DNA from: a virus
Virus record (IMG/VR): IMGVR_UViG_3300005329_000012
Coordinates: 1 to 64,000 of that record
DNA length: 64,000 nucleotides
Reading direction: 5' to 3' (one strand)
The notes under the pieces were generated by a model. That model ran no database searches. It was given only the letters and a program-made list of their open reading frames with translations, and was not told the DNA's origin. Numbering within the stretch: the stretch's first letter is position 1; each line of letters opens with the position of its first letter. A program made the position numbers and the translations under genes. Shown in pieces: positions 1 through 8,940 of the stretch.

Positions 1-123
1 GTCGAGGTACGCGTCGATCTGGTTGAGGAGCCAGCGGGTCGCGAAGGTCCAGGTACCCTCCTTGACCTCGTGCGGTCGCGGCCAGCACTCCCGGAGGTAC
101 CGCTCGGCGCGCTCACTTGCCAC
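1..123 (-). CDS. Hypothetical protein, runs off the left edge
   Basis: Manual translation from GTG at 123: MASERAERYLRECWPRPHEVKEGTWTF...; overlaps end of upstream gene. Confidence 0.55.
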   Translation of the reverse strand, partial: MASERAERYLRECWPRPHEVKEGTWTFATRWLLNQIDAYLD

Positions 124-532
124 TCAGGGACGCCTGCACGGCGCGGATGTCGTCCACCAGGCCGACGAGCAGCATTTCGAGCCCGTCGCGCTCCGAGATG
201 TGCGCGCCGCTCGCGAGGTCCGGCCGCTGGAGCAGCATGCGGAGGGCCTTGAGCTTGAGGGCGACGTTGTGGTACGTCATCTCGAAGTCCACGGTCAGGT
301 GGTAGGAGTCGCCGTCGCGCAGCTCGGGGACGGTGCCGCTGTCGGCGAGGGCGGCGATCCAGTCCCGGTCGCGCTCGACCTGCTCGGCGTCGAACCAGAG
401 GTCGATCTTGACGTTCTCGACGCGGTCGGCCATCGACCCGGGCACCCACACCGGCTCGCTCGTGGCGACCACGCGCTCCAGCGGGGCGGCGACCGCCTTG
501 CGCGCCTTCCGCTTCGCGAGGAAGCCCATCAT
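113..532 (-). CDS. Hypothetical protein
   Basis: 3' part of ORF 113..934; ATG at 532 overlaps stop of upstream gene (ATGA). Confidence 0.75.
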   Translation of the reverse strand: MMGFLAKRKARKAVAAPLERVVATSEPVWVPGSMADRVENVKIDLWFDAEQVERDRDWIAALADSGTVPELRDGDSYHLTVDFEMTYHNVALKLKALRMLLQRPDLASGAHISERDGLEMLLVGLVDDIRAVQASLSGK

Positions 533-1149
533 TCGGCGCTCGGCTCGGGCTTGTACATCGGCTGCGAGAGCAGGCGCTCCATGCCCTCGTACATGCCCGC
601 GATGACGTTCGCGGGCACGGCCCGGTCGCCGAGCCCCACCCGCTCCGACTGGCGCTCGATCGCGCGCGCGAGGCCGCAGTCGACCGACACGACCTGGACC
701 TCGTAGCCGTAGATGTCGGCCAGGACGAGGTACGGGTGGGCCTGCCACTCCTGGATGTTCGTGTTGTCCACGATGATCGCGGGCACGCCGTTGATCATGT
801 GGCGCGCGCAGTCGCGCTGCGTCGCCTTGTGGAAGCGCGCGTTGTCGGCGGCGTCGAAGACGTAGACGCGCGCGTTGTCGGCGGCGTCGAAGACGTAGAC
901 GTCGGTTTCCGTGACGCTGACCGCGTTGCCGCACTCGGGGCAGGACGTGTTCGCGCCGATGTGCCCGTGGATCGAGCAGACCCGCTGCGACTCCAGGCGG
1001 TGGTCGTCGGTGCTGATCGTCACCACGACCGGGAGCAGTTCGTCCGGGCGCGAGCCGTGCGCCCGCTCGTACTCCTCGATCATCCGGGCGATCGTGCTCT
1101 TGCCCGAGCCCGGGACGCCCTGCATCACGTAGAGGACCTTCTCGGTCAT
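529..1149 (-). CDS. AAA_33/polynucleotide-kinase-like P-loop kinase with Zn-ribbon insertion
   Basis: Walker A GVPGSGKS, ISTDD, IIVDNTN, lid R-x3-R; CxxH...CxxC insert. Confidence 0.85.
   Translation of the reverse strand: MTEKVLYVMQGVPGSGKSTIARMIEEYERAHGSRPDELLPVVVTISTDDHRLESQRVCSIHGHIGANTSCPECGNAVSVTETDVYVFDAADNARVYVFDAADNARFHKATQRDCARHMINGVPAIIVDNTNIQEWQAHPYLVLADIYGYEVQVVSVDCGLARAIERQSERVGLGDRAVPANVIAGMYEGMERLLSQPMYKPEPSAE
835..900. repeat. Exact 33-bp tandem duplication (in frame)
   Basis: gcgcgcgttgtcggcggcgtcgaagacgtagac at 835-867 and 868-900; gives VYVFDAADNAR twice. Confidence 0.95.
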
Positions 1150-1364
1150 GCGAGCCTCCTCAGCTGGTCGGACCAGAAGCACGTCCTGACACCGTTCGGC
1201 AGCGCGAGCACGACCATGCTCCCGACGCCGGACGTGAGCCCGTCGACCGTCGCCGTGCGGCCGTCGCCCGAGCGCACGATGCGCACCGCGTCGCCCGCCT
1301 TGAGGCGCCTGCCGCCGCGGTCGCGCGCGAGAGTGGGCCGGAGGAAGCGGGGCCTAGTCGCCAT
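1146..1364 (-). CDS. Small basic hypothetical protein (SH3/KOW-like)
   Basis: LKAGDAVRI...ATV pattern; overlaps both neighbours. Confidence 0.65.
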   Translation of the reverse strand: MATRPRFLRPTLARDRGGRRLKAGDAVRIVRSGDGRTATVDGLTSGVGSMVVLALPNGVRTCFWSDQLRRLA

Positions 1365-1752
1365 CGTTCATGTACTCCTCGTACCGCGGGTCTGTCTCGA
1401 CGGCCGTCCGGCCCTCGGGCGTGAGCCCCCACGCGACCTCCAGCTCCCCGGCGTCGTCCACGACCACGTCGGGCTTCGCCAGCCCGCGGAAGCACATGTC
1501 GATCAGGGTCATGAAGGTCGTCGTCTGCCGGTAGTGGTTGATGAGGGTCTGGACCTCCTCGGTGGTCGGCATCGGCTTCTCGTCGCGCTCGCGCGCCTGG
1601 ATGAACCGGACCATCATGAAGTCCTCGTCGCCCTGCGCCTCGTCGCCGCCGTTGAGCAGCGCCAGCCACCCCCGGAAGCCCTCCGGGTCCTCGGCCAGCC
1701 GGGCCGCCGACTCGGGCGTCAGCTTGTAAGCCTCGGTGTCGAAGTCATCCAC
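1354..1752 (-). CDS. Acidic hypothetical protein
   Basis: ORF track, typical codon usage, operon-like overlap. Confidence 0.75.
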   Translation of the reverse strand: MDDFDTEAYKLTPESAARLAEDPEGFRGWLALLNGGDEAQGDEDFMMVRFIQARERDEKPMPTTEEVQTLINHYRQTTTFMTLIDMCFRGLAKPDVVVDDAGELEVAWGLTPEGRTAVETDPRYEEYMNDGD

Positions 1753-2113
1753 TGGGCGCCGACCTCAGGATCGTCTTGAGGGCCTCGGTCTCGTGCTTCT
1801 CCAGAAGGTGGAAGCGCGGGTCGGCCTTGGAGGACGTGCGGACCTCGCCGGGGTAGTCGCGCTTGACGGCCGACCAGAGCACGACCGTCTCGACGCCCTC
1901 GCTCAGCGCGCGCGCGGCGACCTCGTCGCCGTCCGGGCCGAAGCCCAGGTCGTAGTCGGTCACGACGACGTCCCACGGCCCCTCGTTGGCGACCGAGTAC
2001 ACGGCCTCGTGGCCGTTCGTCGCGGTCCGCCCGACGCGGAAGCCCGCGTCGGCGATCTCGTCCTCGGCGATGGCTGCGAAGGACGGGTAGTCCTCGCAGA
2101 GCAGAATCCTCAT
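1745..2113 (-). CDS. Stand-alone response-regulator receiver (CheY-like) protein
   Basis: RILLCED acidic pair, DVVVTDYDL phosphoacceptor Asp, DG, WSA (S/T site), LEK; leaderless start 6 nt after TATACT. Confidence 0.85.
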   Translation of the reverse strand: MRILLCEDYPSFAAIAEDEIADAGFRVGRTATNGHEAVYSVANEGPWDVVVTDYDLGFGPDGDEVAARALSEGVETVVLWSAVKRDYPGEVRTSSKADPRFHLLEKHETEALKTILRSAPSG

Positions 2114-2125
2114 GCACTCAGTATA
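2111..2125 (-). promoter_or_regulatory. Sigma-70-type -10 box with leaderless ATG
   Basis: Minus strand TATACT-GAGTGC-ATG; near-identical CATAAT-GAGTGC-ATG at 33973-33959. Confidence 0.65.
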
Positions 2126-2159
2126 CGCGTTTCGGAGGGGAACGAACACGTAAGGTGCG

Positions 2160-4118
2160 ATGGCGACCCTTGTCACCCCGCAGAACGAGGTCTACCAGCG
2201 GCTCCTCGCGCTCGGGTGGGACCTCAAGCGGATCGACTTCAAGGGCGGCCAGTACGTCGCCCGCGGCTCAAACGACGACGCCGGGCTGGAGGTCGAGCGC
2301 ACGGGCAAGACGCCCGAGCAGGCGCTCCTCGGCGTGTTCACCTACGCCCAGCGCGCCGCGGAGATCAGGCGGTTCGCCGCTCTGAGGAGGCTCGGCGCCT
2401 GGCAGGCCGACTTCACCTCGCAGAAGTCGGAGATCGCCAAGGCGTACCGCGCGCTCCCCGCGTTCGACGCGGGCGCGATCGACGCCTGGACGGCGCTCGC
2501 GGCCGAGAGCAAGGCGCAGGCCGACGCCGTGCGCAAGCAGATCCAGGTCTCCTACGAGGACGACCCCGAGCCGTACGACAGCGCGCGCGAGATGGCCGAC
2601 GACGTGAAGCTGCGGCAGAAGCTCACCGTCTCCCGCTTCGGGCTCGACCACCCGGTCTGGACGCCCGAGCAGGTGCTCGACTTCAGGACCGTGCACGACG
2701 CGGTCGGCCATGTGCAGAGCGGCGGCGACTTCACCTGGCGCGGCGAGAACATGGCCTTCGCGACCCACGCCCCGCTCGTGTCCCCGCTCGCGCAGGAGGC
2801 GCTGTTCGTGGAGGTCCTCGGCAGGGCCGCCTACAACGACGACTTCCGCGGCGTCGGCCCCGAGAAGGTCGGCCTCATGACCGAGTTCCTCAGGCCCGCG
2901 CAGGCGGCCGAGGGGCACCACGTCGGCGTCCCGCACGGCACCATGGCCGTCCCCTACCAGGACGAGCAGGCCCAGCGCGAGGCGGACGAGAACGCCCGCC
3001 AGCGCGCGGTCTACGACCAGCAGGTGCTCAAGGACCTGCCGAAGGGTCCGTTCGACCTCCCCTCCGTCTCGGACGGTTGGAAGGCGAAGCCGCGCCCGGC
3101 GTTCAAGCCGCGCCGCGGCGTCTACGACTGGGCCGCCGACCCGGGCTGGAGGACCGCCGACACCGCCGTCGACCGCCTGAGGGAGATCCACGGCGACCTC
3201 CCGGCCGACCCCGACTACGGCGACCTCGCGTACCAGCCGGACGAGCGCAAGGTGTACTGGAACGTGGGCGACGGCTACCCGCAGGACGCGATCGACGAGG
3301 GCACGCGCCGCTTCGAGGCCGACCCGGGCGTCGACTCGGTCGAGGTCGCCGACGAGGGGCCGCACGTCCCCGGCGGCTGGGTCAGCGTCGCCATGCCGGT
3401 CGTGCGCCCGCAGTACGTGGACCAGGCCCTCCAGGCCATCCACCCGGACGAGCTGCACCAGGGCGAGTGGAAGGCGGCCGAGGGCACGCACTGCCCGAAC
3501 CCGAAGTGCCCGCACGTGCTCACGCCGGACGAGGAGGCGCAGATCCAGCAGACCGGGTACTTCACCTGCCCGGAGTGCCACGGCGAGTTCAACATGATGG
3601 AGGACGAGGGCTGGACCCGCGCCGGGCTCGGCCTGACGCAGATGGGCTGGATCGGCGAGCAGGCGGTCCTCGACCAGGGGACGATCCCCGGCCTCGGGAC
3701 CTTCCGCGCCGCCCACTCGGGCGGGAAGTGGCCCATCGACGCGATCCTCGACGGCGAGGACGGCGTGGCCTACGGCTGCGAGATCAAGAGCAACCACTCA
3801 CAGGCGCAGGAGCGGTTCAAGGTCGGCAAGAAGGAGGAGCGCGACAGGAAGATCGCCTACTGCCTCGCACACGGGCTCCAGCCCGCGCTGGTGGGCGTCC
3901 GCCTCAACTTCTACACCGACGCGGCCGACGTGTTCTTCCGGCCCGGCCTGACCGACACCTGGATCGGCAACAGCCAGATGCGCCACGTGGCGACGCTCGA
4001 CTTCTCGAAGCTGAACCCGTTCCTCGCCCCGACGCCGCAGGCCCAGGCCGAGGCCGTCGAGGGCGCCGACATCCCCGACCAGTCGCTCCAGACGGAGGAC
4101 GACGACATCCCGTTTTGA
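2160..4118 (+). CDS. Multidomain protein: HDxxGH domain, Zn ribbon, PD-(D/E)xK nuclease, SSB-like acidic tail
   Basis: FRTVHDAVGH...GE...E; CPNPKC...CPEC; GWIGE...PIDA...EIKS; ends EDDDIPF. Confidence 0.75.
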   Translation: MATLVTPQNEVYQRLLALGWDLKRIDFKGGQYVARGSNDDAGLEVERTGKTPEQALLGVFTYAQRAAEIRRFAALRRLGAWQADFTSQKSEIAKAYRALPAFDAGAIDAWTALAAESKAQADAVRKQIQVSYEDDPEPYDSAREMADDVKLRQKLTVSRFGLDHPVWTPEQVLDFRTVHDAVGHVQSGGDFTWRGENMAFATHAPLVSPLAQEALFVEVLGRAAYNDDFRGVGPEKVGLMTEFLRPAQAAEGHHVGVPHGTMAVPYQDEQAQREADENARQRAVYDQQVLKDLPKGPFDLPSVSDGWKAKPRPAFKPRRGVYDWAADPGWRTADTAVDRLREIHGDLPADPDYGDLAYQPDERKVYWNVGDGYPQDAIDEGTRRFEADPGVDSVEVADEGPHVPGGWVSVAMPVVRPQYVDQALQAIHPDELHQGEWKAAEGTHCPNPKCPHVLTPDEEAQIQQTGYFTCPECHGEFNMMEDEGWTRAGLGLTQMGWIGEQAVLDQGTIPGLGTFRAAHSGGKWPIDAILDGEDGVAYGCEIKSNHSQAQERFKVGKKEERDRKIAYCLAHGLQPALVGVRLNFYTDAADVFFRPGLTDTWIGNSQMRHVATLDFSKLNPFLAPTPQAQAEAVEGADIPDQSLQTEDDDIPF

Positions 4119-4123
4119 CCGCT

Positions 4124-4780
4124 ATGATCGAGGACATGTTCGACGGCGGCCACAGGCGCGTCTCGCGCCAGGTCGAGGCCCTCGGCTGGAAGGACCTCGC
4201 GGTCCCGGCCGCCGGGCTCGCGCTCATGGCGCCGTTCGCCAACCCGCCCTCGGCCCAGGCCGCGCCGTCCGCCAAGGCCCCGATCCACCGCGTGGCCCCG
4301 AAGAAGAAGGTCGCCCCCAAGCCGAAGCCCGTCACGGCGCAGCAGGCGTGGGCGCAGATGAGCGCCGCCGCGGCCTACATCGCGGGCCGCCCGGTGGAGC
4401 TGCGCCGGGAGACGCCCGAGTTCATCCGCGACAACGTGGGCTGGGCCAACGCCTACGTCGTGCTCGACGGGACGACCACGGTCCATGTCGGCCCGACCAT
4501 CGCGGGCTACATGGACTACCCCAACTCGGGGACGTTCTCGATGGGCGTCGCGGAGCTGATCCACGAGGCCACGCACCTGAAGCTGTTCTTCGAGGACGGC
4601 GGCCCGCAGGCGGCGCCGAACTCCTACACTCGCGCGGCCGACGAGTCCGTGACCAACCGCGCGGCCATCGCCATGGCGCCCGACATCTTCAAGCGGTTCT
4701 TCCCGTGGGTCAACCCGACCGCGGTCCAGTACGGCATCAACCGCGGCCTGCTCGAACTGACGCCGCCGCAGTACCACTAG
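4124..4780 (+). CDS. Putative zincin metallopeptidase with internal signal-peptide-like segment
   Basis: ELIHEATH plus downstream DE; hydrophobic stretch ending SAQA; 3' part of ORF 1736..4780. Confidence 0.7.
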   Translation: MIEDMFDGGHRRVSRQVEALGWKDLAVPAAGLALMAPFANPPSAQAAPSAKAPIHRVAPKKKVAPKPKPVTAQQAWAQMSAAAAYIAGRPVELRRETPEFIRDNVGWANAYVVLDGTTTVHVGPTIAGYMDYPNSGTFSMGVAELIHEATHLKLFFEDGGPQAAPNSYTRAADESVTNRAAIAMAPDIFKRFFPWVNPTAVQYGINRGLLELTPPQYH

Positions 4781-4828
4781 CGTTCATGACGTTCCGCCCC
4801 CGTCGGTAACGGCCGAAGATTAATCTTA

Positions 4829-5326
4829 ATGGCGGACGAGCCGATCATCCTGGAGGAGACTAGGCTTCCGGGCGGCATGACCCGCTGGGCGCCCGCGGGC
4901 GTCGAGAGGCCGCGGGAGCTAACGCCGCAGGAGAAGATCGCGCTGGAGCGCAGGGACGCGCTCCTCACGCAGAAGGCCGAGAGTCGCGAGCCGACGTGCT
5001 GGCGGCACGACTGCGACAGGCCCGCGACGGTCTGGGTCCGGGAGGTCTCGTTCGACTTCAAGGGCGAGAGGGCCGAGCCCCTGCACCACACGGCCGTGTC
5101 GAGCGCCGACTACTCCGGCCCCGTGCCGGGCTTCTGCCGCTTCCACCTGGGGACCGGCCCCTCCGAGCTGGCGCAGGCCGTGTACTTCTCGCGCCCCGAG
5201 ATGTACTGGGGCGTCCGGCCGAACAGGTGGTTCGTGAGCTTCACCGACGGCACCAAGCAGGGCGGCGCGGCCGTCAGCATCGACCCGAAGCAGGAGTCGC
5301 CGAAGATCGTACAGGAGTCGCTATGA
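4829..5326 (+). CDS. Hypothetical protein, possible Zn finger
   Basis: CWRHDC...FCRFH. Confidence 0.7.
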   Translation: MADEPIILEETRLPGGMTRWAPAGVERPRELTPQEKIALERRDALLTQKAESREPTCWRHDCDRPATVWVREVSFDFKGERAEPLHHTAVSSADYSGPVPGFCRFHLGTGPSELAQAVYFSRPEMYWGVRPNRWFVSFTDGTKQGGAAVSIDPKQESPKIVQESL

Positions 5327-5502
5327 CCGAGAAGCACTGGACCCACGTCACCGGCCTGAACCAGAGCGCCCCGCAGCCCGCGTCGCACCTGTGCAACTGC
5401 ATCGGCTGCTGCCGCGAGTGCGGCATGTGCCGCACCGACCCGAGGCACACGCCCGACCTGTGCAAGCGCACGGTCGCGTGGCTCCAGGAGCGGCCCAGGT
5501 GA
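5323..5502 (+). CDS. Small Cys-rich protein
   Basis: HLCNCIGCCRECGMC...H...C; ATGA overlap. Confidence 0.65.
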   Translation: MTEKHWTHVTGLNQSAPQPASHLCNCIGCCRECGMCRTDPRHTPDLCKRTVAWLQERPR

Positions 5503-5747
5503 GGCGCCTGCTCTACGGGCCGCCGAACTGGCTCGTCAACAAGTTCAGCTCGGAGGACCGGCGCGCCTTCGGCTTCTGGTCGGTCGTCTTCGCCATCGCC
5601 GGGACGCCGTTCCTCGGCTCGCAGGTCCTCTGGGTCTCCCTCCTGAGCGTGATCGCCCTGGTGCCCAACTTCACCAGCGAGACGCCGGTCGAGGTCGAGG
5701 AGAAGGACAAGCGCGAGATCAAGAAAGCGGCCGGATCAAGCGCGTAA
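5499..5747 (+). CDS. Small membrane protein
   Basis: Two hydrophobic segments, charged C-terminus; GTGA overlap. Confidence 0.7.
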   Translation: MRRLLYGPPNWLVNKFSSEDRRAFGFWSVVFAIAGTPFLGSQVLWVSLLSVIALVPNFTSETPVEVEEKDKREIKKAAGSSA

Positions 5748-5753
5748 AGGGCA

Positions 5754-6038
5754 ATGGCCGAGAAGAAGACAGCCAAGAAGAAGGACCAGAGCGGCCGTGT
5801 CGCGGTGCTCCTGACGCACGTCAACATCCCGCTCGTGCTCAGGGCCAACCCGACCGAGGAGGAGGTCCTCGGCTTCGTGAAGGAGCAGAACCGGCGCTAC
5901 CACAACGGCGACCCCGGCGGCCCGAGCGGCCTCCCGGCGGTCCTGGTGCGCGAGGCCGCGTTCTTCGACGAGGAGTCCCCGACGGACGAGTACGACTTCG
6001 AGAAGGGCGAGCGGATCGACCTGGAGTCGGCCCTCTAA
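5754..6038 (+). CDS. Hypothetical protein
   Basis: ORF track; promoter-like motif immediately upstream. Confidence 0.75.
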   Translation: MAEKKTAKKKDQSGRVAVLLTHVNIPLVLRANPTEEEVLGFVKEQNRRYHNGDPGGPSGLPAVLVREAAFFDEESPTDEYDFEKGERIDLESAL

Positions 6039-6067
6039 AGGGCCGCCCTTCCGCGCGGTAACAGGCG

Positions 6068-6541
6068 ATGGCCAGCATCATCTGGAACAAGGGCGAGCGC
6101 AGCGTCGTAGACGGCTGGCTCGGCGGGCAGAGCAACTACCTCACCCCCGCGATCGTCCCCACGGCGGGCGCGAACTGGGGCCTCGGCCTCGGCTCCCGGG
6201 TGGGCGGCGTCGGCGCGACCAAGGCCGACGTCATGGCGCAGATCCTGGAGATCGGCACCGCGACCCCGGCCGGGTACGCGCGCGCGTCCATCTCCCGCGA
6301 CCAGACCGCTGGCGGCTGGCCCGCCTCGACCCTCCAGAGCGGCAGCTACGCCTCCACGACGGCCCAGAAGTCCTTCAACTTCTCCGGCGCCCCGAGCCCG
6401 AACGGCGCGACCCTCTGGTTCGTCGCTGGCTCGACGACGACCAACCAGGACAACGCGCTGTTCGGCGCCGACACGGCGGCCACCCGCACGTTCGGCAACG
6501 GCGACATCGAGCGCGTCACGCCCACCTACAAGCAGACCTAG
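6068..6541 (+). CDS. Putative virion structural protein (fibre-associated)
   Basis: G/A/T/S-rich, GYARASI...W...F pattern, precedes fibre gene. Confidence 0.65.
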   Translation: MASIIWNKGERSVVDGWLGGQSNYLTPAIVPTAGANWGLGLGSRVGGVGATKADVMAQILEIGTATPAGYARASISRDQTAGGWPASTLQSGSYASTTAQKSFNFSGAPSPNGATLWFVAGSTTTNQDNALFGADTAATRTFGNGDIERVTPTYKQT

Positions 6542-6580
6542 TCCCCGCTTCCGGGCGGTATCGACCGCGTAAGTGGCGAG

Positions 6581-7741
6581 ATGACGACGAACTACCCCGG
6601 CGCGCTCGACACCACGGCCGTCCTCAAGAACGACGCGACGGACGGCACCGTCACCCAGGTCACGCACGCGCAGCAGCACAACAACGTCGCCGACGCGATC
6701 ATCGCCGTCGAGACGGAGCTGGGCGCGAACCCCAGCGGCGGCTTCGCCACCGTCGCCGCAGCGATCGCGACGCTGGACCCGAGCAGCGGCGGCTTCGTCG
6801 CCAGGAGCCCCGGCGCCGGGCAGGTGGTCCTCCCGACCGCCGACGTGCTCGCGCTGGCCGTGCGCGCCTTCAACGCGGGCCAGACGTCGCTCCTGTTCGA
6901 GGCGCAGAACGCCGCGGGCTCGACCGTCCTCTACATCGACAAGCTCGGCAACTTCAGCGCCACGAGCCTGGCGGTCGGCGGCACCCCGCTCGCCTCGACC
7001 CACCTTAGCGACTCGGCCGCGCTCGCGCGCCTCGCCTCGCCGACCCTCACGGGCGACCCGAAGGCGCCGACCCCCGCGACCTCGGACAACGACACGTCCA
7101 TCGCCACGACCGCCTACGTCAAGGCGCAGGCGTACGCGACGCTCAACAGCCCCACGTTCACCGGCACCCCGGCCGCGCCGACGGCCGCGGGCGGCACGAA
7201 CACGACGCAGATCGCCACGACGGCGTTCGTCCAGGCCGCGCTCTCTGGCGTCGTGTCGGTGCGGACGTCTTCGTTCCCGGTCGACCTCCGCAACCCGGAC
7301 AACACGGGCAACGCCTGGCCGCGGGTCGAGACCATGACGGCGTGGGAGTCGTACTACTGGGGGCTCACCAACGACGTGGTCGGCTCGGTCTACGGCCTCG
7401 TCCGGGTCCCCGAGAACCTGGCGGGCACCCCGGCCGCCAAGATCGCCATCGAGATCAGCTCCAGCGCCACGACCGGCGTCACCAGCATGGCGGTCGCGAC
7501 GGCGTCCGTCCCGGACGGCTCGTCGCTCAACCCGGCGTCGCTCGCCTTCGAGACCACGCAGAACGTCACCACGCCCGCGACGGCCCACGCTCGCAAGAAG
7601 GTCACGTTCACGCTGACCACGCCCCCGGCCGCCGGGGACCTGATGATCGTGCGCGTCTACCACGCGGGCACGGACGGCTCCGACACGCTGGCCGTCCCCA
7701 CGAGGCTGCACGGCGCCTGGCTCGTCTGTGACGTGACGTAA
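6581..7741 (+). CDS. Tail/head fibre protein with fibre repeats
   Basis: Two copies of SPTxTGxPxAPT...TxIATTAxV. Confidence 0.8.
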   Translation: MTTNYPGALDTTAVLKNDATDGTVTQVTHAQQHNNVADAIIAVETELGANPSGGFATVAAAIATLDPSSGGFVARSPGAGQVVLPTADVLALAVRAFNAGQTSLLFEAQNAAGSTVLYIDKLGNFSATSLAVGGTPLASTHLSDSAALARLASPTLTGDPKAPTPATSDNDTSIATTAYVKAQAYATLNSPTFTGTPAAPTAAGGTNTTQIATTAFVQAALSGVVSVRTSSFPVDLRNPDNTGNAWPRVETMTAWESYYWGLTNDVVGSVYGLVRVPENLAGTPAAKIAIEISSSATTGVTSMAVATASVPDGSSLNPASLAFETTQNVTTPATAHARKKVTFTLTTPPAAGDLMIVRVYHAGTDGSDTLAVPTRLHGAWLVCDVT

Positions 7742-7750
7742 GGAGGCGGC

Positions 7751-8431
7751 ATGGCTTTTCAGGTGAGCGGAACGGGCGGCGGCTACGCGGGCGGCGACAT
7801 CCTGCGCCTGAACGTCTTCACCATCTCGGCCTGGCTCTACGGCTCGAACGGCAACCCGCTGTCGAACGGCTTTGTCGCGGGGCGCCAGGCCACCACCGCC
7901 AGCGGCTCGATGCAGTACGCGCTCGCGACGCCCGGCGGCCTCCAGTGCATCGTCGCGAACCACGAGCTGTCCCAGAACTGGGGCACGGCCTTCCAGTCGT
8001 GGGGCGGCAGCGCGGGCGCCTGGTACCACGTGTACGGGTGGCACGACGGGAGCACCATCTTCGCCAGCCTGAAGCAGCTGGGCGGGTCGCAGGGCACGGC
8101 CAGCGCCTCGCACGGCACCGCCGCGCTGGACGTCTCGGGCGAGTTCACGATCGGCGACAACGGCGGCAACTCCTGGACCTACTCGCCCGGCGCGATCGCG
8201 GAGGTCGCGGTCTGGAACGTGGTCCTGAACGCGAACGAGCTGGCGTCGCTCGACGCGAAGATCCCGCCCACGAAGATCAGGCCGCAGAGCCTCGTCGGCT
8301 ACTGGCCGTGCTACGGGCGCACGTCCGAGTCGAACCAGGCGACCTCCTCGTCGCGCGAGGGCACGGCCATGAACCAGCGGTTCGGCGGCGCGGTGGTCGA
8401 CATCGGGCGCCACGCCCCCGTCGGCCGCTAG
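7751..8431 (+). CDS. LamG/concanavalin-A-like domain protein
   Basis: FTISAW, WYHV, FTIG, GAIAEVAVWN.VL, LVGYW; SD aggagg. Confidence 0.8.
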   Translation: MAFQVSGTGGGYAGGDILRLNVFTISAWLYGSNGNPLSNGFVAGRQATTASGSMQYALATPGGLQCIVANHELSQNWGTAFQSWGGSAGAWYHVYGWHDGSTIFASLKQLGGSQGTASASHGTAALDVSGEFTIGDNGGNSWTYSPGAIAEVAVWNVVLNANELASLDAKIPPTKIRPQSLVGYWPCYGRTSESNQATSSSREGTAMNQRFGGAVVDIGRHAPVGR

Positions 8432-8625
8432 TGGCCGAGGTCTACAACATGGTCGCGCGCGTCCGCCGCGACGACCTCGCGGGCGCGGACATCCGCGTCT
8501 CCAGCGCGTACCAGGGCCGCGAGCTACAGATCACGTTCCAGGACGAGAGCCCGGCCAACGTGGCCCGGGCCATCGACGCCATGATCAGGGCGCTCGTCGT
8601 GGCCCGCCGGGCCGTCAAGTCCTAG
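8431..8625 (+). CDS. Small hypothetical protein
   Basis: GTG overlapping TAG of upstream gene. Confidence 0.55.
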   Translation: MAEVYNMVARVRRDDLAGADIRVSSAYQGRELQITFQDESPANVARAIDAMIRALVVARRAVKS

Positions 8626-8940
8626 CTAGGACCAGAACCCGAAGCGGTCCGTCTCCTTCTGGCCGCACCGCTTGCAGGTGCGCTGCCGGATCTTCACGGC
8701 GCGGTGGCCCGTGTGCGCCCACGAGCGGCCCCACACGCGGCGGACCTCCTCGCGGAGCACGACGGGCTCGCCCCACCTGTGCACGTGCTTCTTCCTGCGC
8801 CTGCGCGCGCCGCGCCGGGGGACCTCCTCCTCCGGCGCGAGCGGCATCTGGCGGTAGGCCCTGCGGGCGATGCCGTCCTGGGACCAGGACGACGGGTCGC
8901 TCTTGAGGGCCTTCGCCTCGCGGTCGGACCGGCGGATCAC
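8626..8940 (-). CDS. Basic hypothetical protein with HxH...CxxC
   Basis: HVHRW...CKRCG; GTGA overlap with upstream small gene. Confidence 0.65.
   Translation of the reverse strand: MIRRSDREAKALKSDPSSWSQDGIARRAYRQMPLAPEEEVPRRGARRRRKKHVHRWGEPVVLREEVRRVWGRSWAHTGHRAVKIRQRTCKRCGQKETDRFGFWS

Noticed and set aside
1736-4123. 5' part of the 1014-aa plus-strand ORF
   Set aside because: Overlaps better-supported genes; only the part from ATG 4124 looks coding
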